Shown here piece by piece: positions 1 through 11,300 of a stretch of DNA of 64,000 nucleotides. Under the pieces are notes generated by a model. It was not told the DNA's origin. It did no database searches and was given only the letters and a program-made list of their open reading frames with translations. How positions within the stretch are numbered: the first letter of the stretch is position 1; each line of letters opens with the position of its first letter. The position numbers and the translations under genes are program-made. The DNA comes from SAR324 cluster bacterium (GTDB taxonomy: Bacteria > SAR324 > NAC60-12). The DNA lies in contig JADFZZ010000006.1 in the NCBI GenBank assembly GCA_015232315.1, forward strand, positions 94,600-158,599, read 5' to 3'.

Positions 1-481
1 TGTAAGTTTTTATTTCAATTTTGCTTTGAGGATGGTTGGAAATGGCGCCAATGACTGAAAAAAATATGGCAAAAATGGGTACTAATGATAACAGTGAGAC
101 AAAAGTTAAAGACTGTGCCGTTTCAAGCAATCGTTTTTTCCAGATGTTTTGTATTAGAATTCTGAAAAACCGATAGATAGTGACACTCTTTTTATAAGTA
201 AAAGTGTGGGTTACTAGAAATTTATTGAGGGTTTTCGAACTGAGTCTGAAATGATTTAAAATTCTAGGGAATTCTGTCATGGGTATTTTTACATCCTGTT
301 CTTTTTGTTTGATTCGTGTATAAGCCAGCAAGGTATTGCAAAAGATTGGCCTTGATTCTGTGCTTTTGTAAATGAGTTCGAATCAATGCGGAATTTATCG
401 ATATTGATCGAAAGGGTTGCTCTTCTTCGGAATAGTTTTTCTGTCCAAATTTGAATCACCTCTGTTTCTTAAAGGGATAGT

Positions 482-2251
482 ATGAGCCAAGATAAAACAA
501 ATATAACAAGTACCAATCCTGATTCAGGAAAAAATACTAACAAAACTAAAAGTCCATCCAATCCAGAGACTAAAGTGGTACAGGAACCAATGGCACCATT
601 GTATCCTAAAAGCTATCCATCAATTAATCCTGCGACCGGGGAACTCAATAGTGATGTGGAATGTACGCCTTTAGATGCTTTTCCCAAAATTTTTAATGAT
701 GCCAGAAAAGCTCAGGAAATTTGGGCTGAAATGAGCTTTGACCAGCGCAAGGAACACATTTTGCGGATGCGTGATTATTTGATTGAAAACGCTGAGGCTA
801 TTTCGCGTGTGATTGCTAAAGATACTGGAAAAACCCTTTCGGATGGTTTTCAGACAGAAGTTTTACCATCAATTTTTGCGACAGATTGGTATGCAAAAAA
901 GACCCATAGATTTCTCAAAAAAGAACGGGTTGCTCCCTCAAACGTTCTTTTTGCTAACAAACAAAGTTACATTTTAAGAATGCCTTTGGGTGTGGTGGGA
1001 ATTATTACACCATGGAATTATCCTTTTGCTATTCCCTGGAGCGAAATTGTCATGGCGTTGATGGCTGGTAATGGGGTTGTGTTTAAAACATCAGAAGACA
1101 CTCCGCTGGTTGGTCAAGAAATTCAGAAAGTGATTGATGCGGGACAACTGCCCAAAGGCTTGTGCCGATTTGTGATGGGAGAAGGATCACAAGTTTCAAA
1201 AGCGATGTTTGAAAATGGGGTGAATAAAATATTCTTTACTGGAAGTGTCCGGGTGGGAAAACTGTTGATGAAACAAGGTTCTGAGTATCTGGTTCCCGTG
1301 TCTCTTGAACTCGGTGGAAATGACGCTGCAATTATTCTGGAAGATGCTAATCTTGAACGAGCCGCTAATGGTGTTGTATGGGCTGGATTTCAGAATAGCG
1401 GACAAACGTGTGCAGGTGTGGAACGGGTTTATGTTCAAGAATCCATTTATGAAGAATTTATGAAATTGGTTCGAGAAAAAACTATCCAGCTTCGTCAAGG
1501 TGCTGATACCGGCAAATTTGATATTGATGTCGGTTCCATGACAACAGTAAGACAACTAGAGACGGTTCGACGCCATGTTGATGACGCATTGAAAAAAGGA
1601 GCGGTTATTACAGCTCAAACCAAAGTAAAAACTACAAAAGGAAACTTCTATCCTGCTACGGTATTGGAAAATGTTAATCACACCATGGCTGTCATGATGG
1701 AGGAAACATTTGGTCCGTTGATCGCGTGTATGAAATTCAAATCGGATGACGAAGCTATCTCACTGGCCAATGATTCCGATCTTGGCTTGACTTCAAGTGT
1801 CTGGACTATGGACTCTGAACGAGGACAGTTTATTGCCAAAAAACTGGAAACAGGAATTACAACAATAAATGACCACGTCTTTACGCATGGTCTACCCGAA
1901 TTGCCTTGGTTAGGTTGGAAAAACAGTGGTATTGGCTCAACACATTCTCACCTTGGATTAGAAGAAATGACCAAACCCAAGGTGGTTAATTATGATCTTG
2001 CTCCAAATCTGAATTCAAATCTATGGTGGTTTCCACATCGAAAAATTACGTTTGATGCCTTGATCGATACACCAAAACTGATTTTTGGAAGTTTGCAGGA
2101 ACGTGCAGATTCGTTGTCGAAGATCATGCCAAAACTGATCAGAGATCCTCTTGTAAAAGAAAAGTTGTTTTTTGTTCTCAAGCGAACAGGACTTCGAGTG
2201 AGAAAAACTATTTCAGAAATAAATGAAATGCCTTCAGATGACGACAATTAG
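482..2251 (+). CDS. NAD(P)-dependent aldehyde dehydrogenase family protein
   Basis: ITPWNYP, FTGS, catalytic Glu in LELGGND, catalytic Cys in GQTCAG, EETFGP. Has a low-complexity N-terminal extension. Confidence 0.93.
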   Translation: MSQDKTNITSTNPDSGKNTNKTKSPSNPETKVVQEPMAPLYPKSYPSINPATGELNSDVECTPLDAFPKIFNDARKAQEIWAEMSFDQRKEHILRMRDYLIENAEAISRVIAKDTGKTLSDGFQTEVLPSIFATDWYAKKTHRFLKKERVAPSNVLFANKQSYILRMPLGVVGIITPWNYPFAIPWSEIVMALMAGNGVVFKTSEDTPLVGQEIQKVIDAGQLPKGLCRFVMGEGSQVSKAMFENGVNKIFFTGSVRVGKLLMKQGSEYLVPVSLELGGNDAAIILEDANLERAANGVVWAGFQNSGQTCAGVERVYVQESIYEEFMKLVREKTIQLRQGADTGKFDIDVGSMTTVRQLETVRRHVDDALKKGAVITAQTKVKTTKGNFYPATVLENVNHTMAVMMEETFGPLIACMKFKSDDEAISLANDSDLGLTSSVWTMDSERGQFIAKKLETGITTINDHVFTHGLPELPWLGWKNSGIGSTHSHLGLEEMTKPKVVNYDLAPNLNSNLWWFPHRKITFDALIDTPKLIFGSLQERADSLSKIMPKLIRDPLVKEKLFFVLKRTGLRVRKTISEINEMPSDDDN

Positions 2252-2261
2252 GGAGCAACTC

Positions 2262-2990
2262 TTATTTTGAAACAGGAACCAAAATTTTTTGGTAGCTTAA
2301 CCGGGTTCCTGTTACCATTTCTACTATTCCAAGATCAATTCGAACAGAATCGCCATTTTCAATCGCAGACAATGTGAGAGGGATTAGTGCTTCTGTTTCC
2401 TGTTTTCCTTTAAGCCAATAATAAGCAACAGGGATATTCAGGGGTGTCTGATTTTTCCACACATGGAAGGAAACTTTAAAAAAGCGCGAAACAATATCAG
2501 GGTTTACAACCTTATATATGAGTTCACCATTCAAATTATTGACTTCCGGGTGAAGTGATGACGGTTTAAAAGTGAACCGAGAAACAAAAATATCTTTTTC
2601 ACCGGGTATTCTGTACCTGGAGTAAATTCTTTCCAGAGCACCTTTCCAGATTTTCTTGACATAATCGGTTTCACTAAGATGCATGCGTTTCATCAAAACA
2701 GGAACATCATTTTCAGAGCCGAACATTCCCAAAAAAAATGCTAGACGCCAGCGAATATTTTCGTCAAGAGTTTCGTTGTCGACCTTTTGCCGGATTACTC
2801 CTAATGAGAATTCAGGAAACAATAAAAATGCATCCATTGCACGAATTCTTGTCGCAAGTGAATAATCACCAAGTTCAGTCAGCCATTGATTTCTAAGATT
2901 GTTCTGAACCATCTCTTCAATCATACTCGCGGAGATATGACTGGAAAATAAAACAAATATAATAATAAGAAAATTGCGTTTTAATATCAT
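2262..2990 (-). CDS. Exported hypothetical protein with HEAT-like repeat
   Basis: N-terminal signal peptide (MILKRNFLIIIFVLFSSHISA), HEAT-like segment IRWRLAFFLGMFGSENDVPVL, and a beta-rich C-terminus. Confidence 0.6.
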   Translation of the reverse strand: MILKRNFLIIIFVLFSSHISASMIEEMVQNNLRNQWLTELGDYSLATRIRAMDAFLLFPEFSLGVIRQKVDNETLDENIRWRLAFFLGMFGSENDVPVLMKRMHLSETDYVKKIWKGALERIYSRYRIPGEKDIFVSRFTFKPSSLHPEVNNLNGELIYKVVNPDIVSRFFKVSFHVWKNQTPLNIPVAYYWLKGKQETEALIPLTLSAIENGDSVRIDLGIVEMVTGTRLSYQKILVPVSK

Positions 2991-3013
2991 CGATCTTTTA
3001 TCAGGGAAATTGT

Positions 3014-3430
3014 ATGGAACATATTCAATATGAAATAAACGCCTTTGTCAGCGCAGAGGAATTTATAAAATTGCTTCATGCGTCAACGTTAGCATCACGA
3101 AGGCCTGTTGATGATCAAGGTTGTATCGAAAGTATGTTGAAACACGCAAATTTAATTGTTTCAGCAAGGTCAGGTTGCCAACTGGTAGGGATCGCAAGAT
3201 CGGTCACCGATTTTAGCTACTGTTGTTATCTTTCTGATTTAGCCGTAGATCATTCTTGTCAAAAACAAGGAATTGGCAAACAATTGATTTACTGGACTCA
3301 AAAACAACTTGGGCCTAAATGCAAGATCATTTTGCTCTCAGCTCCCGGAGCCGTGAACTATTATCCTCATATTGGTTTCTTCAAACATGAGCAGGCATGG
3401 ATCTTACCTCCTGAGGTGGAACTGAAATAA
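3014..3430 (+). CDS. GNAT family N-acetyltransferase
   Basis: YLSDLAVD..CQKQGIGKQL acetyl-CoA motif A; YYPHIGF. Confidence 0.9.
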   Translation: MEHIQYEINAFVSAEEFIKLLHASTLASRRPVDDQGCIESMLKHANLIVSARSGCQLVGIARSVTDFSYCCYLSDLAVDHSCQKQGIGKQLIYWTQKQLGPKCKIILLSAPGAVNYYPHIGFFKHEQAWILPPEVELK

Positions 3431-3515
3431 ATCATTAAAATCAAATGCTTTATCCTGTTTAGCAAGGTTGTGCTAATTTAAAAATAATTCCTGAAATATT
3501 TTCAAGGATTGTTCC

Positions 3516-4763
3516 ATGCACCAGCAAATATTCTCTTCTCAAATATCCAGATTGCCAGTTTGGGCAATATTTCAGCGATTTTTTTTAAATCACCCTTCTG
3601 AATTATTGGTTCATGCTATTGCAACTCTTGGTCTTATGGCCAGAATTTCCTGGAAAGAGCAGGGTTTTCAGCACGAAGAAATCCAGTATATGGCTAGTCA
3701 ACTGGCTGAAATTCTAAATATTAGCCAGGAAGAAGTTAATTCATTGATACTTGAACTCAAAGCAATTCAATGGCGAACTTCTTTTGCTGAAAAGCAACTT
3801 TTTGAGCAATTTTTCAGGTTTGAGTGTGATCGTTCTACCAGAAATGCCTTGTTGAGATCATTGCTGGGAATGGCTGGTTGTGACAAAGCTCTGACGGAGC
3901 GTGAATGTGCCATCATCTTGAGAACAGTGCAATCCATTGGACTTTCCCTGACGGAGTATAAAATGGCTGTTTTGCCATATACGTCTGTTCTTGTATCGGC
4001 TCAGGCTGGATTGAATAAATATATTTTAAATGCAGCAGGTAATGAAAATGTACAAATATATTGCCAGAATAAAATCGTGACTCAGGAGTTGGAAAATATA
4101 TCTCTGGCAGAATTGACCTTTAGAAGTAATAAGAAAATATCTGTTGGTACTTTGATTCAGATTAGTCTTTTTTCCTATATATCCATTATATCTTATGTGT
4201 CACGTGCAAAGAAAGAAGATGGTCAGTGGGTGATCAGCCTTGATTTGGATCTTAATCCTGTGGAGTGTGGGTATTTGGATAATCTGCTCCACATGGGGTC
4301 AATCAATCAGCCTGAAATCAGCCTGAAAACGACATTTGCATCTTGCCAACAATTGCCTGAACAACTGCTGGGATACTTATGGAATAGTATGCCTGATTCC
4401 AGAGCAGATATGGCTATGTCTTTGAAGAAAATGATTGAATCCCGGAAAGTGCTACCCAATTTGATTTTCAGTGATATTCAGGCTTGGCATGCTGATTTAC
4501 TGAAAACACAGATGGAAAAACGAAATATTTTGTTTGGCAATCCGGATTGGGATGTGATTGGACAACAACTGGATCAGGAATTTTCTGAGCCATTGTCAGT
4601 GATTATAAAGCTTCAATTACTGAGTCTGATCCGATGGATATTGCCCAAGGGATTATGGAAAAAAAAGGTGTTTTCGACATCGGAAATGGCAGTTATCAAA
4701 CCTATGATGGAACAATTAGGATTATCCCCTGAAAAATGGAGTTTAGAGAGGGCTGCAATATGA
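3516..4763 (+). CDS. TerB-like / degenerate PilZ / TerB-like multidomain protein
   Basis: TerB-type segments MAGCDKALTERECAIILRTVQSIGLS and VFSTSEMAVIKPMMEQLGLS flank a PilZ-like beta segment (ENISLAELTFRSNKKISVGTLIQI). Stop overlaps the next start (ATGA). Confidence 0.5.
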   Translation: MHQQIFSSQISRLPVWAIFQRFFLNHPSELLVHAIATLGLMARISWKEQGFQHEEIQYMASQLAEILNISQEEVNSLILELKAIQWRTSFAEKQLFEQFFRFECDRSTRNALLRSLLGMAGCDKALTERECAIILRTVQSIGLSLTEYKMAVLPYTSVLVSAQAGLNKYILNAAGNENVQIYCQNKIVTQELENISLAELTFRSNKKISVGTLIQISLFSYISIISYVSRAKKEDGQWVISLDLDLNPVECGYLDNLLHMGSINQPEISLKTTFASCQQLPEQLLGYLWNSMPDSRADMAMSLKKMIESRKVLPNLIFSDIQAWHADLLKTQMEKRNILFGNPDWDVIGQQLDQEFSEPLSVIIKLQLLSLIRWILPKGLWKKKVFSTSEMAVIKPMMEQLGLSPEKWSLERAAI

Positions 4764-6343
4764 GGTGTGGGTTCTCAGATGCTATTTTCAGGAAAATATT
4801 GCAATCGGGATTTCTGGTTTTTACAATCATGATCATGGGTCTGATTCCTGATCTCTGGGGGATAACTCCACAGTATGGTGGAACATTTATTTACCGGGCG
4901 CCAGATAAGGTTCAAATACTTGATCCGCCTAGAATTGAAGACAATGTCAGTTATAATATTTCAGGCAATATCTATGAGGGTTTAGTACGATATCAGGGTG
5001 AGTCTGCGATTATTGAACCTTCCTTGGCCACACGTTGGGAAGTCTCAAAAGATGGATTGTATTGGACGTTTTTTTTGAGACATGAAGTAGTTTTTCATGA
5101 CAATACAAAGCTTAACGCAAATGCTGTCTTATTTTCATTCATGAGACAGATGGATGAGCATCATCCGTATTATCGAGATGATTTTCTTTATAAAGATGTC
5201 ATTTTCAGCCATGTAAAATCCCTTAGCGTTCTGGATGAATACACCATACAGTTTGAACTTTCCAAACCGTTCAGTCCATTTTTGCATCTACTGACTATGC
5301 CTCCAGCAAGGATCGTATCTCCCGATGCTGTCATGAAAAATCCAGATGAGTTTGGACTGCATCCTGTGGGAACGGGTCCTTTTTATGTCAAGGAATGGAC
5401 TGAGCGTGATTTGGTGCTTGAACCATTCGGTGCGCATTGGGAGGGGCGTCCTTATCTGGATCGGGTCATCATTCAACCTGCAAAATATTTGAAGACGATG
5501 CTTCTAAGTATGAGGCAAGGTAATCTTCACCTTTCAGAAGGGGTTACCAGTCGTGAACTATTATGGGTTCGTGGTGATTCTGAAATAAAAATGAAAAAAA
5601 CCGCGGCCAATTCGATCAAATTTATAGTTTTCCACACCCAAAAACCTCCATTAAACGACATTAGAATCCGTCGAGCTCTTCAAGATGTTTTGAACCGCAA
5701 AGGTTTGGTGAGTTGGTTATGGCAAGATAATGCGCTGCCGACCAATTCACCTGTTCCCCCAAGCAACTGGGCCTACAAAGCGGTTGATATTCCTGTGCAG
5801 AATCTTGAAAAAGCTAAAGAGTTGCTGAATGAAGTCATAACAGAACCGTTATCACTGAAAGTGGTTATGTTGCAAACCCGTGATACAGCATGGGAACGTT
5901 TTTTTGAGAGTTTTTCAGCGGCATGTTCACAGGTGAATGTTCAATTGAATGTGAAGACGTTAAAAGGAAAAGACTATCTTCAGGCAATGAAAACCGGCGA
6001 TTATGATCTAATCTGGATGGGATGGTCTGGAGATCATGCGGATCCTGACAATTTTGTCTATCCCTTGCTTCATTCCATTAATGCGTATCCGGGAAGTTTT
6101 TCAAATTTATCTTATTACAGTAATCCCGTTATGGATGAATTGATTGAAAATGCTCAACGGGAAACCGTCATGGAAAAACGTCAACAGCTATATTATAAAA
6201 TTCAGGAAATACTGGTTGAAGAAATTCCATGGATTCCGATACTTGTTCCACAGAATATTTATCTGTATCACCATTCTGTTCAGGATGTCAGTGTTACTGT
6301 GACCGGGAGGGTAAAGCTCGAAAAAATCTGGATTGAGAAATAA
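4760..6343 (+). CDS. ABC-type peptide/nickel substrate-binding protein (family 5, DppA/OppA-like)
   Basis: NIYEGLV, EPSLATRWEVSKDG..WTF.LR..V.FHD, PVGTGPF, GWSGDHADPDNF. Start placed at ATG 4760 (ATGA overlap) rather than the ORF-track 4736. Confidence 0.92.
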   Translation: MRCGFSDAIFRKILQSGFLVFTIMIMGLIPDLWGITPQYGGTFIYRAPDKVQILDPPRIEDNVSYNISGNIYEGLVRYQGESAIIEPSLATRWEVSKDGLYWTFFLRHEVVFHDNTKLNANAVLFSFMRQMDEHHPYYRDDFLYKDVIFSHVKSLSVLDEYTIQFELSKPFSPFLHLLTMPPARIVSPDAVMKNPDEFGLHPVGTGPFYVKEWTERDLVLEPFGAHWEGRPYLDRVIIQPAKYLKTMLLSMRQGNLHLSEGVTSRELLWVRGDSEIKMKKTAANSIKFIVFHTQKPPLNDIRIRRALQDVLNRKGLVSWLWQDNALPTNSPVPPSNWAYKAVDIPVQNLEKAKELLNEVITEPLSLKVVMLQTRDTAWERFFESFSAACSQVNVQLNVKTLKGKDYLQAMKTGDYDLIWMGWSGDHADPDNFVYPLLHSINAYPGSFSNLSYYSNPVMDELIENAQRETVMEKRQQLYYKIQEILVEEIPWIPILVPQNIYLYHHSVQDVSVTVTGRVKLEKIWIEK

Positions 6344-6345
6344 TC

Positions 6346-8310
6346 ATGCGTTGGTCCATCAAATATAAAATCATTATCCTTGCTGTTGCGGTATCGTTGT
6401 TGGCGGCATTCGTGGTGACATGGGTGAGCATTCGTCAGGTCACGTTGCAGGTCAACAAACAGTTGAATGAAACAGGCCAGGGCCTTCTTGAAAGCGTGCA
6501 GAATCATATTCGACAGGATCTGGAAAAAGCAGAAAGATTTGCAGATTTATTAGCGACTCATCATCAACTACGTGAATATCTTTTGCATCATGATGCGGAA
6601 ACACTGGTTTCATGGTTGAACAAACAATCTGAAATGGAGATATATGCGTTGCTTGAAATATTTGATCGGGAGGGGAACCGTGTTGCGGTTAACCGATGGC
6701 TGAACAAGGACAGTGATGAATTGACGCCCTATTTGACCGATCAGAAAGACCCTGTTTTACAAGCAGCTCTGAAGTATCAAATATCTGCTGAAATCAAACA
6801 ATTGACACAAGGTTTGTCCATTCGGGTGACAGTTCCGATTGTGGATATTATCACGATTAAGGTTCTGGGGGTTTGTGTGGTGAGTTTCCCCATGAATTAT
6901 GACTGGATAGATCGAATCAGGGCTGAATCTCCCTATCATTTGGCTTTGATTGCCAACAGCCAGTCTAAATTAGCAACCAGCGTGATCACTCCAGAAGGTC
7001 GACGTATGGAAGAACTACCTGTTGAAATTTCCCAAAATATATCGGGCGATTTACCGGGGCAAATTGAACAAATATCATTGTTTGATCATTCCTATATGGT
7101 TCTGTTTGCGCCGATTTATGATCCGCGTTCCATTGCCCAGGGACAAATGATTGCCTTGATGCAGAGAGATTTGATCGAATCCACAACGGAACAGATTCTG
7201 AATGTACTGGTTTTTGTGGCATTGGCCACTGTTTTGGGGTGTGTGATCCTTGGAACTTTTGTTGCATACGGCATGACCAAACCTTTGCAACGTTTGATGG
7301 AAGCCATGCACCGGATTGCTGAAGGGGATCTGGACCAGACCATTAAAGTGAGTTCCAGAGATGAGATTGGTGAGCTAACACAGGCCGCTCAATGGATGCA
7401 GGATGAATTGAGAACCATCCAGGATCTTGTGGACAAGATGTTACAAACATTTCAATTGTTTGTGCCAACTCAGTTTCTAAGACATATCGCACATGATGGC
7501 ATCGAAAATGTGAAGTTGGGAAATGCCCAACAGGAAACAGTCTCTGTCCTGTTTTCAGATATCCGTGGTTTTACGACAATTTCAGAATCCATGTCTCCAC
7601 AGCAGTTGCTGGATTTTCTCAATCTTTTGTTTCGGCAGGTCGGAAAAGCCATTGAACAATATGGTTTTATTGACAAGTTTATTGGAGACGCGGTGATGGC
7701 TGTTTTTGAAGGGGAAGCAGAAGATTACAGCGGAGCGCAAAATGCGGTGACTACCGCGTTGATTATGCAAACAGCGTTGCAGAAATTCAGAAATGAAAAT
7801 CATTCACCCGTAGAAATCGGGATTGGAATTAACACTGGACCTGTGGTGATTGGAACGGTTGGAACCTCAAGCAGGATGGATTCAACTGTGCTGGGAGATA
7901 CCGTCAATCTGGCATCCCGCATGGAAGGGTTGACCAAAAATTATGGAGGGTCGTTGCTGATTTCGGAAAATACATTCAAACAGCTTCCAAACACCCACTG
8001 TTTTCAGATTCGAGCTGTTGACAAGGTTAGAGTGAAAGGTAAAAAAGAACCGATTACTGTGTATGAAGTATTTGATAATGATTCTCCTCCAGTTCTTGAA
8101 AAAAAACTGGGTATTCAGAATTTTCTCGAACAGGGACAAGCATTGTATTACTCTCGGCAGTGGCAAGAAGCTCTCGATTTATTTCAGAAATGTTTCAACC
8201 TTTTCCCGGAAGATGTAGTGAGCCAAATGTATTTGGATCGTTGCCGGGAATTTTTCCATCATCCCCCTCCCGGAGATTGGGATGGTGTCATTAGTATGAA
8301 AACAAAATGA
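6346..8310 (+). CDS. Membrane class III adenylate cyclase (2TM, periplasmic Cache-like sensor, HAMP, cyclase, C-terminal TPR-like)
   Basis: LFSDIRGFT, IDKFIGDAVM (Lys) and RMDSTVLGDTVNLASRMEG (Asp) are ATP-specifying residues. HAMP segment TKPLQRL..AM..IAEGDL...DEIGEL. Confidence 0.93.
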   Translation: MRWSIKYKIIILAVAVSLLAAFVVTWVSIRQVTLQVNKQLNETGQGLLESVQNHIRQDLEKAERFADLLATHHQLREYLLHHDAETLVSWLNKQSEMEIYALLEIFDREGNRVAVNRWLNKDSDELTPYLTDQKDPVLQAALKYQISAEIKQLTQGLSIRVTVPIVDIITIKVLGVCVVSFPMNYDWIDRIRAESPYHLALIANSQSKLATSVITPEGRRMEELPVEISQNISGDLPGQIEQISLFDHSYMVLFAPIYDPRSIAQGQMIALMQRDLIESTTEQILNVLVFVALATVLGCVILGTFVAYGMTKPLQRLMEAMHRIAEGDLDQTIKVSSRDEIGELTQAAQWMQDELRTIQDLVDKMLQTFQLFVPTQFLRHIAHDGIENVKLGNAQQETVSVLFSDIRGFTTISESMSPQQLLDFLNLLFRQVGKAIEQYGFIDKFIGDAVMAVFEGEAEDYSGAQNAVTTALIMQTALQKFRNENHSPVEIGIGINTGPVVIGTVGTSSRMDSTVLGDTVNLASRMEGLTKNYGGSLLISENTFKQLPNTHCFQIRAVDKVRVKGKKEPITVYEVFDNDSPPVLEKKLGIQNFLEQGQALYYSRQWQEALDLFQKCFNLFPEDVVSQMYLDRCREFFHHPPPGDWDGVISMKTK

Positions 8311-11300
8311 CTACAATTTATCGTTTTGTGTGGATATTAGGGATATGGAGCGTTCTTCATGGCATGATTCCCGGATTGATTTGGGCGGAAGAAGAAGGCT
8401 CAGCTAAGGGTAAACTGGCTGAACTTGAATGGCACACAATCGAAACCAGACACTTTTTCGTCCATTATCATGATGATATCGAAGAACTGGCACGCCTTTG
8501 CACTGTGTATGCTGAAGAATCTCATGAAATTCTCGCCCCCTTGCTGGATTGGGAACCCCAGCAAAAAACACACATGATTATTACCGATATTCTGGATAAT
8601 CAGGATGGCAACGCACGCAATCTCCCTTATCCCATTTTACGAATTTATCCTTATCCGCCAACAATCAACAGTGCCATTGCTGAATATGAGAGCAGTGATT
8701 GGCTGCGTATCCTGATTTTACATGAATATGTCCACATTCTGAATCTGGACACAGTGGCGGGATATTCCAAAGTAGTGAGAGACTGGTTTGGTCGACCGGG
8801 GATTGCGTTCAATCCTTTAGCGGCAACGGGGTTTCTCCATCTGAACAGTCCAAATAACTTTGCTCCTCCCTGGTTGACAGAAGGATTGGCTGTATATCTT
8901 GAAACAGAACTGACTCACTCAGGACGGGGGATTAGTCCTAAGTCAGAAATGCTGTTCAGGATGGGAACGAAATTGAATGATTTGATCAGCCTGGACCAAC
9001 TTGATTTTTATCGTTTGGGATTTCCAGGACAACATGCGTCCAGATATATTTATGGAGCCTATTTCCTTGATTATCTGATCAGTGAAAGATCTCCTGAATA
9101 TGTTGGGAAACTCAATCATCTTCTGGCTGAATGGCCTCCATACATGGGAATACATATGCTGGAAGATGAATCAGGAGCCTATCTGGTAGCGGCTTATGAA
9201 CGTTTTCTGGAATACACCAGGACAGAGCATGAGAAACGGTTGGCGATTCTTGAAACTCAGTCTTTGACCCAGTTTCAGGGAATCCAGACGCATGGTTTTT
9301 TACAACGAAATTTTGCGCTGTCTCCAGATGAACGAAAAATGGCCTTTGTCCTGATTGATGTCAAAGGACAGAAACATTTAAAACTGTGGCGGGAATATCC
9401 ATTGACCGGGGGTTATTTCAGGGAACTGGCTCCGGCAGCAACTCAGGATGACCGATGGATTTATACGACATCTCAGGGAATTCCTGTTGAAGAATTTGAA
9501 ACTTTAACCAATCAGGATGCACTTTCACTCAGTTGGCATCCTTCTGAAAAATATTTATTTTATACCGCCCTGTCTCCAGAAGGAATATATTCATTTCAGG
9601 AGCTTTTCGTTTATGACTTTAAAACCGCAAAAACACATCAACTGACCACAAATGCCAGAATTGGGGATGTGGATGTGTCACCTGACGGCAAATTTCTGAT
9701 TGGTGTTGAAAGCGGGAAAGGGCATCAAAATCTGGTTCTGTATGAATTGACGGAAATCCCTGATTCTGGTGATAAACCACCATTTAAGGCAATGCGTCTG
9801 GATGTCTTGACCAAGCATCAATATTCTCGTGTGAGTCAACCCAAATGGGATCATCAGGGAAAAAGACTGGTGTATTCCCTGTCTGATCGCAAAGGGGATA
9901 CTTTTCTGCCCATTATTGACATGGAATCCCGTCAGGAAATCAAGATTATCTCTCAGGGACACCTCCAATCTAATCCAGTCTGGGAACCTGGGGACAATGC
10001 CATTCTGTTTAGTTCTGATCACACTGGAGTCAGCAATATCTATCGTTACAGTCTGGAGTCAGAGGTCATGCTACCCATCACTCATGTTCTTGGTGGAGCG
10101 TTGGAACCTGTGATTTCAAGGCGAAAGGAAAGACTTTATTTTCAGAATTTTTATGGAGAAGGACTGGAACTGGCGTTTATTGAATGGAAAGCGGGGCAAA
10201 CACGTTCAGAACCTTTGCCACAAATCACGCCTGTCTGGAAGCACCAACCGGAATTGGCTGTGGTGCGGGATGGTTCTGTCACCCAATCTGTGACAGAACC
10301 ACAGGAGCCTTATTCTCCGTGGCAGAGCATGTTTCCGCAGTTCTGGTTTATTTATGCTGAAGATGCTCCGGGAGGTTACGCCTGGGGTTTGATCACAGCC
10401 GGGGTTGATGCGCTGGAAGAACAAGGGTATTACGGTGCGGTAACGTATGGAGAGGGGCAACCTTATTACCGGTTTTCCTATTATACAGACCACTGGTATC
10501 CAAATCTGAGTTTTTCATCTTCATTGCTTCCGCAACGATATTCCAAAATTCCTAATTTGAGACAGGGGTGGGAATTGCTGCAGGAACATGTTGTAGGTAT
10601 TTCCTTCAAGCTGGATGACTGGTCTTTGGGGTTTAATTACCTCAATACCACAGAAACTCCATATGAAGACAGCGGGTTTCTGACTGAAGCCAATAAACGC
10701 GCTACCGAAAAATTGGCTACAGCACAAAATCCTTACCGAAGTGTCGGAGATTATTTCAAGCGTCGGACCTTTACCGGCAATCATCAAGGATTCAATTTGT
10801 TTTCCTCCTATTCTACAGTGTCTCATTTTCCCACGTCAATCAGTGAGGAATCCGGAAGCTATTTTTCGGTTGGTTATACGCATTATCCCACGTCTTTAGG
10901 TGATAATCCTGAAATAAAAACATTGGCCGGGGAAGATTTTGATGCGGCGGTACTGTACATGGAAAATACAGATCCGGGATTCAGCTACGATCAGCTCACA
11001 CCTAGACGGGCAGAAACCCTTGCCAGTCTCCTCCATGCAAAAGAACAACTGGTGTCTAATGAGTATCAATTGCTGACAACCAGTTATGGCCACTTTTTTT
11101 CATCGCCCTGGCCCAGGAATGTGTTCCATTGGAATTTGAATGGGGGGGTTGGATTGAATGGAAGCGAGCTATCTGCGGAATTCATGACCAGAGTCAACAT
11201 TCCAGTTCGTGGTTACAAATATGATCTGGAAACCGCTCGTCAATATATCAGCCAGACCATAGAATGGCGTATGCCGTTAGGGAGTGTTTTCAGAGGAATA

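Noticed and set aside
370..392. GAGTTCGAATC resembling a tRNA T-loop
   Set aside because: No T-stem, acceptor stem or cloverleaf around it.
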